Translations under genes and position numbers: made by a program
Shown here: piece after piece, positions 18,199 through 27,861 of the stretch
How the letters are laid out: each line of letters opens with the position of its first letter
Numbering within the stretch: position 1 is the first letter of the stretch
Sequence record: MH992122.1
Source of the DNA: Escherichia phage OLB35
Length of the DNA: 64,000 nt
Strand: one strand, 5' to 3'
Notes under the pieces: model-generated
What the model saw: the letters and a program-made list of their open reading frames with translations, nothing else
Databases searched by the model: none
What the model was told of the DNA's origin: nothing

Positions 18199-18858
18199 TT
18201 AACCTCGATTCATAAATGCATTAAATATTTGGTCATCAACAGAAATTTCTAATTCGACTTCAATTGTTTCAGCCTTTTCTTCAGGTGGTAATTCGTATCC
18301 ACACACTACAATTTTTTCATCGATATCAAAATATACAGAAGCAATACGATTAATGTTACTTTCAGTTAAGTCTAAATCAACATCAACATCTTTTTGACCT
18401 ACACTTAAAGGATAACTAATACGGGTTATTTTATTATCTTTAACAAAGAGTCCACCAACATACTCTGTACTACGTTTGAAGTTTACACGTTTCCGAATTG
18501 AAAGATATGATACATCTTTACCGTGAGCTCGGCTCATAGGACATAATGAATAGCTAGAATAAGAGATGTCAAATCCTACACCTTCAATATGAGCCAACGT
18601 GTCATGAGTAAACCAATTATAATCATATGCCAAATCCATTATATTGTAATATGTGAAAGGCACAGGATTAACGTCATATGTTGTACCTTTAAAATCTGCC
18701 CAGGCAACGATTTCGTTATCTTTAACAATTACAAAAATTACACCAATATGGTATCCATTATTATTTTCATTCGGCGTTATATTATAACATTGTGCATTAG
18801 GAAATTTACCATATTTAAATGGCGCGTTTTTGTGCATGTAATAAATCATATTATTCAC
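18199..18858 (-). CDS. hypothetical protein
   Basis: 219-aa ORF in 61.x region. Confidence 0.5.
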   Translation of the reverse strand: MNNMIYYMHKNAPFKYGKFPNAQCYNITPNENNNGYHIGVIFVIVKDNEIVAWADFKGTTYDVNPVPFTYYNIMDLAYDYNWFTHDTLAHIEGVGFDISYSSYSLCPMSRAHGKDVSYLSIRKRVNFKRSTEYVGGLFVKDNKITRISYPLSVGQKDVDVDLDLTESNINRIASVYFDIDEKIVVCGYELPPEEKAETIEVELEISVDDQIFNAFMNRG

Positions 18859-19144
18859 CTGTGATTTCGGTTACGATATCTTTGTTATCGAAATTAGGGT
18901 CACAATACAAAACATAGTTGTACTGCATGATACCGCCAGACTTAAGTTGTTCAACAACTTTATTAACCATATTAGGACGATCTCGTTTAGTGATGTTCAT
19001 GATATCAGAGAAGATTTGTTGTTCAACATCTTCTTGATTTGCAGTCATTGACCACTCACAGAGGTCTTTATCATAACCTGCCGTAACTGGAGCTGGTGCA
19101 CATGATACTGCAAGTAAGATTGCTGCCAATGATAACTTTTTCAT
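18851..19144 (-). CDS. sp: Spackle periplasmic protein (superinfection exclusion, lysozyme inhibitor)
   Basis: 97-aa ORF with signal peptide; ...AGYDKDLCEWSMTA...GGIMQYNYVLYCD... matches T4 Sp. Confidence 0.8.
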   Translation of the reverse strand: MKKLSLAAILLAVSCAPAPVTAGYDKDLCEWSMTANQEDVEQQIFSDIMNITKRDRPNMVNKVVEQLKSGGIMQYNYVLYCDPNFDNKDIVTEITGE

Positions 19145-19207
19145 TTTAACTCCTTAGTTGATTTGATAGGACTATTATACTATAGTCCATCTATAATGTA
19201 AACAAGT

Positions 19208-19456
19208 TTATTCTTTTTCGCGAATAATAATTACTTGTTGAGGCTGCTGAGCAGATTTCTTTTCGGCAACGATAGACCAAATTAAAGTTCCAATCCAACC
19301 AACCATCGTCCAGTTAAAGAGCAAAGATACAAAGAAGATCGCTGTTGTGCTTTTTGTGCCACGAATAAGTGCGATTACCCAAGGCAACATGTAAATGATG
19401 ATTGAACCAATACCTGCGATTAAAACTGCTACTGAACTGGCTACGAATAATTCCAT
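19208..19456 (-). CDS. superinfection-immunity (Imm)-family small membrane protein
   Basis: 82 aa, two TM segments; ...MLPWVIALIRG...WTMVGWIGTLIWSIV resembles the Imm_superinfect motif. Confidence 0.5.
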   Translation of the reverse strand: MELFVASSVAVLIAGIGSIIIYMLPWVIALIRGTKSTTAIFFVSLLFNWTMVGWIGTLIWSIVAEKKSAQQPQQVIIIREKE

Positions 19457-19517
19457 GGTAATTTCCTCTTGATTTGTTATGTTTATAGTATCTTATTTTA
19501 ACTTTTGTGTAAACCAA

Positions 19518-19886
19518 TTAATTAAATTTGTTTAAACGTTCAATACACTGGACGTAGTTATTCGCGATTTGTTTCTGGGTAGGCTCTTTACCCGTTGTTT
19601 CAACATAGCGAATGAATGCGATTTCAGTAGCCTGTAAGCAATGTTCTTTAACGCGTTGTTCTTTTGACAATGCTACAGTATCAGAATCACGATAACGTTG
19701 AGCATGAGCATCAGCTTGAATCATTCGATTACCTACAGTAACCGGGTCTTCCACTTCAACTTTAGGTTGGTTGTACTGTTTAACATTCGGGTTATAAATC
19801 AATTGGCCAACGTTATTAGGGATAAAGCCATGGGCACCACATCCGGTTAATCCAAATACCATTGCTAAAGCTATTAATTTTTTCAT
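19518..19886 (-). CDS. putative lipoprotein
   Basis: 122 aa; signal peptide with lipobox LTGC. Confidence 0.55.
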   Translation of the reverse strand: MKKLIALAMVFGLTGCGAHGFIPNNVGQLIYNPNVKQYNQPKVEVEDPVTVGNRMIQADAHAQRYRDSDTVALSKEQRVKEHCLQATEIAFIRYVETTGKEPTQKQIANNYVQCIERLNKFN

Positions 19887-19920
19887 TTCAATTTCCTCTG
19901 TAGTTGATAGAAAGATAGTA

Positions 19921-20034
19921 ACACAGTATGTGGGGCTTGTAAACAGTTATTTTAAAATTATCGAAAATCTGCTTCGAAAACTTTCTCGTCATTAACAAAT
20001 GCTTTAACTAATGCTTTGTTCACTTCAGCAAGAT
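19921..20034. repeat. direct repeat copy 1 (orphan dmd 3' end + early promoter)
   Basis: about 114 bp, near-identical to 20069-20185; contains GTTTAC early-promoter -35. Confidence 0.85.
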
Positions 20035-20068
20035 CGAAAACAGCTTCGTCTTCATAGACGCTACAACC

Positions 20069-20185
20069 ACACAGTAGTATGTGGGGCTTGTAAACAGTTA
20101 TTTTAAAATTATCGAAAATCTGCTTCGAAAACTTTCTCGTCATTAACAAATGCTTTAACTAATGCTTTGTTCACTTCAGCAAGAT
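20069..20185. repeat. direct repeat copy 2 (genuine dmd 3' end + early promoter)
   Basis: second copy, separated from copy 1 by a 34-bp unique spacer. Confidence 0.85.
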
Positions 20186-20303
20186 TGTACCGTAACCCAC
20201 TCGATTTCTTCGCGATCACCTGATAACATGATAACACTTCTTTAGTGAACATCTCCCCGCTTTTAAACCAGCCGATAAAAGTCACTTTAGTTATAATGCT
20301 CAT
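20109..20303 (-). CDS. dmd: Dmd antitoxin (inhibitor of host RnlA/LsoA toxins)
   Basis: ORF 20109-20351 trimmed to ATG at 20301-20303; ...VTFIGWFKSGEMFTKEV...AEVNKALVKAFVNDEKVFEADFR resembles T4 Dmd. Confidence 0.7.
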   Translation of the reverse strand: MSIITKVTFIGWFKSGEMFTKEVLSCYQVIAKKSSGLRYNLAEVNKALVKAFVNDEKVFEADFR

Positions 20304-20304
20304 T

Positions 20305-20622
20305 TTAGATTTCCTCGCAAAATGCCCATTCAGCGTGATAAACTGTAGCACCTTTAGTATTATTCATTTGAACTACATCTACCGGAGAAATTACTCGATA
20401 GAGACGTGGTTCACCTCCATAAGAGCGTGCTGCTCGTCCTGCATAAATCTTTGCTAAACCGATATCTTCAGTAAAGAATACACGATCCAAGTTTTTCTTA
20501 CGTCCAGTTTCAGACAGAACTCCTGTTTCTTCAGGAGGACAAAGCATGTTTTCGATGTTAGCTGAACTACTTGAACCGTGATAAAAAATCTTAAATTTTG
20601 CTTTACAATCGATGGTTTTCAT
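20305..20622 (-). CDS. hypothetical protein
   Basis: 105-aa ORF with ATG; early promoter and hairpin upstream. Confidence 0.5.
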   Translation of the reverse strand: MKTIDCKAKFKIFYHGSSSSANIENMLCPPEETGVLSETGRKKNLDRVFFTEDIGLAKIYAGRAARSYGGEPRLYRVISPVDVVQMNNTKGATVYHAEWAFCEEI

Positions 20623-20648
20623 TTTGTTCTCCAGTAGTTGATAGGTCT

Positions 20649-20677
20649 ATAATAACACAACTACTGGAGAAGTAAAC
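20649..20677 (-). promoter_or_regulatory. early promoter within RBS-sequestering hairpin (PeSL-like)
   Basis: -35 GTTTAC (20672-20677), 17-bp spacer, -10 TATTAT (20649-20654); inverted repeat tctccagtagttg (20628-20640)/caactactggaga (20659-20671). Confidence 0.5.
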
Positions 20678-21052
20678 TTAAAAATGTAATTTAGATACAT
20701 CTGCGTTGATTTCACTTTGGTTTGCGTCATATGCAATTAAACGAACCGCTTTAGATGGGTCATTCAATGCATAGAAATGATGGAACATTGCTCGAACGAT
20801 ATCACCATTTACGAGTTCTACCTGGATAGGAGAACCTTTTTCGAGTTGGAAATGTTCATAAGCTTTGATGGTTCGCAGATAATCAAGTTTTTGATTTCCG
20901 GCTCCAACGATTTGTACGATACGTTTGCCCATGTTTTCCATACGAGATACAATAGATTTAGGAGCAAGAATAACGTAGGTTGCCAGCGGAGAAACTACTT
21001 CAACAGTTGTGTTTTCGGTGATTGCAGTAAAAATTGCTTGAGACATATTCAT
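20678..21052 (-). CDS. hypothetical protein
   Basis: 124-aa ORF. Confidence 0.5.
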   Translation of the reverse strand: MNMSQAIFTAITENTTVEVVSPLATYVILAPKSIVSRMENMGKRIVQIVGAGNQKLDYLRTIKAYEHFQLEKGSPIQVELVNGDIVRAMFHHFYALNDPSKAVRLIAYDANQSEINADVSKLHF

Positions 21053-21116
21053 AATGTTTTCCTCTTGGTTGGTGTAAGTACATCATATCATGCCTAGAGG
21101 AAGATGTAAACCCCGA

Positions 21117-21136
21117 AAGGAGACCGAAGTCTCCTT
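21117..21136. terminator. UUCG-type stem-loop after gene 41 (possibly bidirectional)
   Basis: aaggagac-cgaa-gtctcctt; T-run follows on the plus strand, weaker U-tract on the minus strand. Confidence 0.4.
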
Positions 21137-21140
21137 TTTA

Positions 21141-22583
21141 TTAAAATTTTAACTCGTTGGCTAAGCTATCTAGGTCAGCACGTGTTGCTTTGGCTTTACC
21201 TACGCGTTCCGTACGATTCACCTCTGCCTGACGCATCTGAGCACCTGCGTTTTCATTTACTGTGTTAGGTGTGTTCATGCCTTCTTGCTCAATCTCAATC
21301 CATTTCTGGTTACCTTTACGTACACCCATCAGGAATTTATTCCACTTATTCTTATCACCATATCGTGATTTGATTTGTTTGATAAGTTGTTGTTCAGCTT
21401 GTGCAAGTTCTTCGGTTTCAATTACAGCCAAAATGAAATCTGCTGTTGCTGGTAAACCTGCTGATTCTGCAATATCACTCATGTTCATGTCTGAAGCATC
21501 CCATGCTGCACGTCCTACTTGAGCTGCAGTCCATAGAACTGTTTCAGATTCTACTGCTAATGCACGAAGTTCTTCTGCGATAGCTTTAACTAATGTATAG
21601 CTATTTTCAGTGTAAACTCTGATACGACAAGACCCACAAATACCTAAGTAATCAACCATGATTACAGATGGCACAAAGTTCTTCTTAAGTTTTAACTCAT
21701 TAAGCAATGCACGAAATGTATTAGCGTTAGCTCCACCAGTAGGATACTGTTTAACTACTAAACGTCCTAATGTTGTTTTTGAACGCCATTTTTCCATCTT
21801 GGCTTTATATTCAGCATAAGATACGTTACCATCATCGATATCATCGAGTGATACGTCAAGCATGTTTGCATCTATACGCTTAGCACAAACTTCTTCAGCC
21901 ATTTCCATGGAAATATAAAGAACATTATGTCCTGTTTGAAGATAATCTGCAGCAAGTGAACAAAGGCCTAAAGATTTACCAACGTTAACACCGGCCATTA
22001 AAACGTTCAGTGTACCTGTTTCTGCGCCACCTTTGGTGATTTTATTAAGAATGTTTAATTTGAACGGGACCTTACGTGCTTTATTTAGATAAGAAAGCCA
22101 GCGTGCTTCATAGTCTTCCATCCAGTCATGACCAACATAACTATCAAACGAAATTGAAAGTGCTTGACGCATAATATCAGGAATAGCTCCTACGTCAGGC
22201 ATTTTCTTGTTACGTTGTTCTGGAGGTAGTTCAGCATTAGACTGAATCTCAATGATTTTGGATGTAGCATTATACATCGCTTTTTGCTGGACATATTTCT
22301 CAGTTTCTTTAACCAACCATTCGTGGTCTTCAGGAGTATCAGCCAATTTTTCAATTAGGTCTGAAGTTCCTTTATATTCGGCTTCAGTTAAAGAACTGTT
22401 ATCTAAAGCCACCTTTAATGCATTGATAGATGGCATTGCATTATATTCGTTAACGTGGCTCTTTATAATTTTAAAGACATTTTTTGCCGGTCCACGCTCA
22501 AAATACTCAGAATCCATATAAGGCCAGACCTTAGAAAAATAAGCCTGGTCGTATACGAGATGAGACAAAATAATTTCTACCAC
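21141..22583 (-). CDS. 41: replicative DNA helicase gp41 (DnaB-like)
   Basis: 480-aa ORF MVEIILSHLVYDQAYFSKVWPYMDSEYFE... near-identical to T4 gp41. Confidence 0.97.
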   Translation of the reverse strand: MVEIILSHLVYDQAYFSKVWPYMDSEYFERGPAKNVFKIIKSHVNEYNAMPSINALKVALDNSSLTEAEYKGTSDLIEKLADTPEDHEWLVKETEKYVQQKAMYNATSKIIEIQSNAELPPEQRNKKMPDVGAIPDIMRQALSISFDSYVGHDWMEDYEARWLSYLNKARKVPFKLNILNKITKGGAETGTLNVLMAGVNVGKSLGLCSLAADYLQTGHNVLYISMEMAEEVCAKRIDANMLDVSLDDIDDGNVSYAEYKAKMEKWRSKTTLGRLVVKQYPTGGANANTFRALLNELKLKKNFVPSVIMVDYLGICGSCRIRVYTENSYTLVKAIAEELRALAVESETVLWTAAQVGRAAWDASDMNMSDIAESAGLPATADFILAVIETEELAQAEQQLIKQIKSRYGDKNKWNKFLMGVRKGNQKWIEIEQEGMNTPNTVNENAGAQMRQAEVNRTERVGKAKATRADLDSLANELKF

Positions 22584-22592
22584 GATAACTCC

Positions 22593-22955
22593 TTAAAAGA
22601 ATTTAAATTTTTTCTTGGTTCGTTCATTAAAAGCTTGTTGTACTTGCATTGTAACACATTTTTCAACATGTGGTGCAAGTTCTGCTTTTCTGTCCTGGTC
22701 AAGAACTGCAAAGTCCATTACGATTTTACCATCAACCCAGTCTAGTTTTGTAATATAGACTATATGATGGGAACCGTCTTCAAGTGTAATCAGAATCTCT
22801 TGAATGACATTTTCCATTGCTGAACGGATAATTTTAAGAGATTCATTAAACACTCGTTCTTTGCGAATGTCTTCCCCTTCCGAAGAAGGGGATTCATCAA
22901 CGATTTCTAGATTTAAATCATCGAGATTATTCATCGAAATCTTCCATTTCGTCAA
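22593..22955 (-). CDS. 40: gp40 head-assembly related protein
   Basis: 120-aa ORF between 41 and uvsX, T4 synteny. Confidence 0.55.
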   Translation of the reverse strand: MTKWKISMNNLDDLNLEIVDESPSSEGEDIRKERVFNESLKIIRSAMENVIQEILITLEDGSHHIVYITKLDWVDGKIVMDFAVLDQDRKAELAPHVEKCVTMQVQQAFNERTKKKFKFF

Positions 22956-24099
22956 GGTCGTTTTCTATATCTGCTGCAGACGGAGCATCAGAAGCTTTAA
23001 CAGGAACTTTAGTTGTTGCTTTGCAATTAATAAGGTCGTTAACAGCGTCATCAACTTCTTTAATAGAAGAGATAGCACCTAGTTTATATTTAGTTTCAAT
23101 TGCATCTCGGAAAGGTTTGTGTTTAAACAACGGTCCCCAGAATTCTACACAATCAGTAGCTTTAGCACGCCACGATTTCTCTTCACGAATCATTTCACCT
23201 GTTTCTTCGTCAAGGAATTCACGAGCATACCAACCGGCTTTAGGCTTAACAACAAATCCAATTTCAGTTGCCATTTCTAACAAGCCACTGAATGGGTCGA
23301 TACCGCCATCAAAATTAACCGTGATTGGGAAAGTAGATTTCTCTTTAACTGTACGAGATTTTTCTGCTTTCAACGTGAAGTCATAACCGGTCAATTCTGT
23401 ACCTTCTTTAACCTGACGTTTAGAGATAAAGAATACAGTGTTAGCAGAGTAAAGAATACCTGTACCACCACCCATAATCTCTTTAGGATATAGTCCGCCG
23501 ATTTCCATTGCTGTATGGTTGATTGCAACACACGGAATATCTTTAATAGTCAGATAAGGGGTCACAATACGGAACAGAGATTTAAGTGCCTTAGCACGGG
23601 ACATATCACCTACGACTTTCTCGTTCAATGCATCTTCGGTTTCTTTCTTAGATGCAGTATTACCGATTGAATCGATAAAGATAATAACTTTATCACCGCG
23701 TTCAATAGCGTCAAGCTGATTAGTCATATCAACTTTAAGTTGTTCGACAGATTGAATCGGAGTATGAACTACACGGTCTAAATCAACACCCATTGAACGA
23801 AAATAAGATTCTGAAGCACCGAATTCTGAGTCATAGAACAAACAGATTGCATCTTTATATTTCTTCATATACGCTGCAACCATAGTTAGTCCAAACAGCG
23901 TTTTAAAGTGTTTAGAAGGTGCAGCAAAAATAGTCAAGCCTGATTGCAATCCTGCATTCAGAGCACCACCTAGTGCAATATTCAACATCGGAATACGAGT
24001 AGGGACTTCATCACGATTATTAAACAGCTTAGACTTAGTCAAGTCTGCAGTCATTTTAGAAGTAGAAGCTTTAATCAGACGAGATTTTAAATCAGACAT
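22927..24099 (-). CDS. uvsX: UvsX recombinase (RecA-like)
   Basis: 390-aa ORF matches T4 UvsX in length and sequence. Confidence 0.95.
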   Translation of the reverse strand: MSDLKSRLIKASTSKMTADLTKSKLFNNRDEVPTRIPMLNIALGGALNAGLQSGLTIFAAPSKHFKTLFGLTMVAAYMKKYKDAICLFYDSEFGASESYFRSMGVDLDRVVHTPIQSVEQLKVDMTNQLDAIERGDKVIIFIDSIGNTASKKETEDALNEKVVGDMSRAKALKSLFRIVTPYLTIKDIPCVAINHTAMEIGGLYPKEIMGGGTGILYSANTVFFISKRQVKEGTELTGYDFTLKAEKSRTVKEKSTFPITVNFDGGIDPFSGLLEMATEIGFVVKPKAGWYAREFLDEETGEMIREEKSWRAKATDCVEFWGPLFKHKPFRDAIETKYKLGAISSIKEVDDAVNDLINCKATTKVPVKASDAPSAADIENDLDEMEDFDE

Positions 24100-24198
24100 T
24101 GTATTTTTCCATAGGCATCATTATATTTTACTCATGTTTAAAAGATAAAACGATTATATACTAAGGGTTATACAGCATTTAAAACTTTAAACAGGCTC

Positions 24199-24747
24199 TT
24201 AACGAGCCCATTTGATGATTTCTGTAATCAAACCATTACGTTCGCTTGCATTAAATCCTATAACTTTGTTAGCACCATCATGATTAAGTAATTGATATGT
24301 TTGGATTTTGTTATGAATTGCAAACTCTTCAAAATGTGAAATGACTGTATTAAAACCGAATGAAGACAAAGTAATAAGGTCGTCTTCAAAACTTTCAGTC
24401 ATTTCGTTACGTGTTAAAATAATTGTGAACACATCATGGTTTTGGCAAAGACGAACATAGTCCTGTTCATAAACGTCAAGAATCGAGTCCGCATCTTGTC
24501 GAATACGTCCATAAACCCAGTTACTAATATATCCACGGTCTAACAGATAAATCTTAGTAGGGTCTAAATAATTCAACATCGTTTCGAAACAACCAACTTC
24601 ATTTCGAGACTTAACATCGAAACGTCCATCAACTGTTCGTTTAGGGAAATCAATCTTTACATATCTTTCACTAATTTCCATTATGTCATTAATGAAAGTT
24701 GTTTTACCGGCATTATCCGGGCCATCTACTAAAATAATTTTAGCCAT
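24199..24747 (-). CDS. P-loop nucleotide kinase-like protein (thymidylate/dNMP kinase fold)
   Basis: 182 aa; Walker A GPDNAGKTT and LDRGY motif; abuts the next gene. Confidence 0.55.
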   Translation of the reverse strand: MAKIILVDGPDNAGKTTFINDIMEISERYVKIDFPKRTVDGRFDVKSRNEVGCFETMLNYLDPTKIYLLDRGYISNWVYGRIRQDADSILDVYEQDYVRLCQNHDVFTIILTRNEMTESFEDDLITLSSFGFNTVISHFEEFAIHNKIQTYQLLNHDGANKVIGFNASERNGLITEIIKWAR

Positions 24748-24748
24748 T

Positions 24749-25648
24749 TTATTCCTCGATTACGACATCTTCGTATTTAGGTATATTATACGGCGAAGAA
24801 ATTAAAGCGTTAAAGTAGATGAACTCACCAAGACCTGGATGGAATACTTCTTCAGGATTTTCGAAATATTGAATCTTCGGACGTCCTTTAAGAATTTGAT
24901 AGTACTCAGTTTTAGTTGGTTTAAAAATTCGAATCAGCGCTTCTTCAGGATACTTATTTCTGTCAAAGCTATTATTTGGATCAGTTATATAAAGCGGTTG
25001 ACCTAATTGAATTGCACATTCAACCACTTGTTCAAAATGATAACACGGATCACTAATTCGAAATGGATGAAAAATACCATCTACATGAATAGGAGCCAAA
25101 TCACCTACAAGACGCTGCATGATGGAAGGACGTATAACTTTCTGCGTTACGATAATCTTATTACCATCTGCACCGGCGTTAACCAGCACTTCTTTTTGAC
25201 GTTCATTCAACACAGTAGTTTGAAGTGAACGATTAACTGACAACATATCGGTTTTTAAGAATTCGTCAATATAAAAACGTGGTTTATTAGGGTCTGCCGT
25301 GATATTGAAATTGAATTCTACATCAAAAGCGCCGTCATATCCAGTGATATCTGTTATTAGAAAATCACAATCATAATAAGCAATTAATGAATCAACCACA
25401 AATTCATTTTCAGACCAGAAATATTTACGAGTGTTATACGCGTTATCTTTATACCATAATGGAACAAACTTAAATTCCGGGAAAAGACGTTCACATTCTT
25501 TAATATCAGATGCATTACGTGGATATGTAATCACATCACCTGGATTAGCACGGTGCAAATGAAGTTGGAAGTTGCCGTCCTTAAGGATAGCATACTGTCC
25601 AGTTTCATAAGACCGCATACTCAAGATTGGTACGCGGAAAATAGCCAT
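24749..25648 (-). CDS. hypothetical protein at the T4 beta-gt position (candidate DNA-modifying transferase)
   Basis: 299-aa ORF between uvsX and gene 42; overlaps gene 42 stop; no recognisable T4 Bgt similarity. Confidence 0.5.
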   Translation of the reverse strand: MAIFRVPILSMRSYETGQYAILKDGNFQLHLHRANPGDVITYPRNASDIKECERLFPEFKFVPLWYKDNAYNTRKYFWSENEFVVDSLIAYYDCDFLITDITGYDGAFDVEFNFNITADPNKPRFYIDEFLKTDMLSVNRSLQTTVLNERQKEVLVNAGADGNKIIVTQKVIRPSIMQRLVGDLAPIHVDGIFHPFRISDPCYHFEQVVECAIQLGQPLYITDPNNSFDRNKYPEEALIRIFKPTKTEYYQILKGRPKIQYFENPEEVFHPGLGEFIYFNALISSPYNIPKYEDVVIEE

Positions 25649-26364
25649 TAGTCAAGGAATCCTTTAACATAATCAAAATCACGTTCAAACACATGGGCAC
25701 TTACCATGGTATGAGTATAATCACCAACTTCTACACCGCATTCGTTAGCGATATAATGAAGTAATTTTCCTTGGAGATAAAAATCCAACTGCATAACAAC
25801 AGCACAGTTCTGAGAACGCATATGACAGTGGGTATAAAGCTTACCATCACGAATATAATAAGTTACTGAGTCAGTACATGGATATTCAAGTGTTTCGTCC
25901 GAATCAAGCAAAGCCTGATCAGAACTTTCTAGAATTTGGAACACAACTCTTCGAGAGTTAGGTTTTTCTTTAAGTTCTTTTAGAAGAGTTGGTAATTGGG
26001 CCGCAATGCGAGGACCATAGAAAGTGTTGAAGTTCGCCGGCAAAACATCTGATTTTGGTTTAGAAATAAATTTAGCGACATTAGGATATGCCTTAAACGC
26101 TTCTTCTGCGTTGGTACCACCAGAAATCATAAACTTCCAGAAGTCTTCGGCATATTCATAAGAGATGCGGTTAATACGTGGGTCGGTCATTTTGAATGAT
26201 GATGGAGTGTCAACAACTACTGTCATAGACCCAATTTCATTACAACGTCCAATACGAGAATCAGTTACGAATTCGGGGTTTTCTAAAATTTCACGATTGA
26301 CTGCTTTAAATGCGGTTTGAAAATCTGCGGCTTTGATATATTTCATTGTGTTATGTTTTCCCAT
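25648..26364 (-). CDS. 42: dCMP hydroxymethylase (gp42-like, divergent)
   Basis: 238 aa; ...PCTDSVTYYIRDGKLYTHCHMRSQN... aligns with T4 gp42 CTNTVQYLIRDKKINAVVNMRSND active-site region. Confidence 0.8.
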   Translation of the reverse strand: MGKHNTMKYIKAADFQTAFKAVNREILENPEFVTDSRIGRCNEIGSMTVVVDTPSSFKMTDPRINRISYEYAEDFWKFMISGGTNAEEAFKAYPNVAKFISKPKSDVLPANFNTFYGPRIAAQLPTLLKELKEKPNSRRVVFQILESSDQALLDSDETLEYPCTDSVTYYIRDGKLYTHCHMRSQNCAVVMQLDFYLQGKLLHYIANECGVEVGDYTHTMVSAHVFERDFDYVKGFLD

Positions 26365-26406
26365 GTTTACCTCAATACAATTTATTATATACTCAATTCA
26401 TAAAGC

Positions 26407-26646
26407 TTATTTGAATTTCTTGACAATGTTGATATAACGTAAAGCTTCAGAATCTATACTTCCAAGAACACTATGAAGGAATGCATCAGTGTAGTATTCC
26501 AATTGAACAGGTTCTTTAATCACTTTAGCCGCTTTGGTTTCAAACAGGCCCATAAGGGCCTTTTTAAGAATTTGTTCGTTAGTGTTCAGTTTCATAGTCA
26601 AAATCTCTTCGTTAAGTTTATAATTAAAACTTTTTCTAGAAATCAT
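26407..26646 (-). CDS. hypothetical protein
   Basis: 79-aa ORF; ATG overlaps upstream stop as ATGA (coupling). Confidence 0.45.
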   Translation of the reverse strand: MISRKSFNYKLNEEILTMKLNTNEQILKKALMGLFETKAAKVIKEPVQLEYYTDAFLHSVLGSIDSEALRYINIVKKFK

Positions 26647-26969
26647 TCCGGGTACCTCAAAGCGTCATCAGAGTTAGTTATATCAATAATAGATATGGAG
26701 TTTTCTGCTAACCCGTTTTTAGATAATTGACGTTTATAATACCTTTCACAATATGTACACGTTGACCCACAGATTTCATTAGCACAATCAAAATCTGGAT
26801 GTCTGAACCACCTTTTTTCTAAAAAGCCATCTAACAAAGAGGTTTCAATATTTACTGTATGTGAAAACTCAGTCTCATTTTCAAGAGTGAAAATAGTCTC
26901 TAAAGGCTTCCACAGTTCTAACAAATTACCTTCAAACTTTTCAGAAGCGTATGCTTCAAGAACTTTCAA
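26643..26969 (-). CDS. Cys-cluster segment (CANEICGSTCTYC), probable C-terminal extension of the upstream ORF
   Basis: 108 codons with no ATG at all (only a TTG start); in frame with 26994-27803 across a single TGA. Confidence 0.45.
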   Translation of the reverse strand: MKVLEAYASEKFEGNLLELWKPLETIFTLENETEFSHTVNIETSLLDGFLEKRWFRHPDFDCANEICGSTCTYCERYYKRQLSKNGLAENSISIIDITNSDDALRYPE

Positions 26970-26993
26970 AATGTAGTCTGTGCTACCTGTACG

Positions 26994-27803
26994 TCATGAA
27001 ACTTTGAATTGAGTGATACCAATATCATTATAAAGTTTCAAATCTTGAGGACGAACAAAACGAGTTCTCAGCCAGTTAAATGGGTCTGTATCACGAGCTT
27101 TAATACAGTGCTGCATTGGATATCCATTTAAGGATTTAGCATCATCAGCGGTAACATCAGTACTATGGAAAATATAGCAAGAGACACGATAGCTACAATG
27201 TGTTGTATACCCTTTACCAGCATTAGAACAGAACTCATTTACAAGAACTTCAAATATTATATTGTTCTTATTGCAAAACTCTGCTGCACGCTTCAGGAAA
27301 GAAACTGAACGGTTCTTATGAATTCCGCAACAGACTTTTTTGATGTTATATTGGTCATGCAAGTATTTGATTTGAGTTACAGCATCGACATGTAGAATTG
27401 TTGAAACTTCAATCTCAATATCTTTATTGACTTCACGAACAATTTCCATAACAACAGGGTTAGCGATAGTAATACGCCATACGCCTATTGACCAAAGATA
27501 CTGAACATAATCCTGAATAGCTTTCTTCTTCCACTCAACTAGTTCTCTTTTTGAACCAGGATTTATCGTGTTGAGTGTATAGTTAAAGCAAATACCTAAT
27601 TCGTTACAACGTTTAACGTAGTCTTCTAACATCTTTTTGTCAACGTCAGGAAGCCTAAAATCAGGTCTGGCTGCTACAAAAGCCATTTCTCTTGTAGAGC
27701 CATATACTTCGTTTATCAAGCTATTAGGATAGGTTTTATTGAGCTCTACGATTTTATCAAGAAGAGCTAAATCAAAATTCGTTCCGATTTTAAAAGTATT
27801 CAT
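26994..27803 (-). CDS. Cys-rich enzyme, possibly peptidase-U32-like TIM barrel (family uncertain)
   Basis: 269-aa ORF; ...EVLVNEFCSNAGKGYTTHCSYRVSC... weakly resembles the U32 signature; ends at in-frame TGA 26994-26996. Confidence 0.5.
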   Translation of the reverse strand: MNTFKIGTNFDLALLDKIVELNKTYPNSLINEVYGSTREMAFVAARPDFRLPDVDKKMLEDYVKRCNELGICFNYTLNTINPGSKRELVEWKKKAIQDYVQYLWSIGVWRITIANPVVMEIVREVNKDIEIEVSTILHVDAVTQIKYLHDQYNIKKVCCGIHKNRSVSFLKRAAEFCNKNNIIFEVLVNEFCSNAGKGYTTHCSYRVSCYIFHSTDVTADDAKSLNGYPMQHCIKARDTDPFNWLRTRFVRPQDLKLYNDIGITQFKVS

Positions 27804-27861
27804 TTTTTTGCATCTCGCGTTAATTGATGCGATGGTTTTTTTGCAGGTCTTACTTAAATTA

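Noticed and set aside
19958-20149. 63-aa ORF spanning the dmd repeat
   Set aside because: It is a chimera that starts out of frame inside copy 2, crosses the spacer and ends in the orphan dmd tail of copy 1; a by-product of the duplication rather than a gene
21117-21136. Strong minus-strand terminator after gene 41
   Set aside because: The hairpin is clear but the minus-strand 3' tail is not U-rich (the U-tract is on the plus strand); kept only as a strand-ambiguous stem-loop
26967-26996. Selenocysteine recoding at the in-frame TGA
   Set aside because: No convincing SECIS-like hairpin at the right distance; a small hairpin ~30 nt downstream does not match the bacterial fdhF-type element; readthrough or error is more likely
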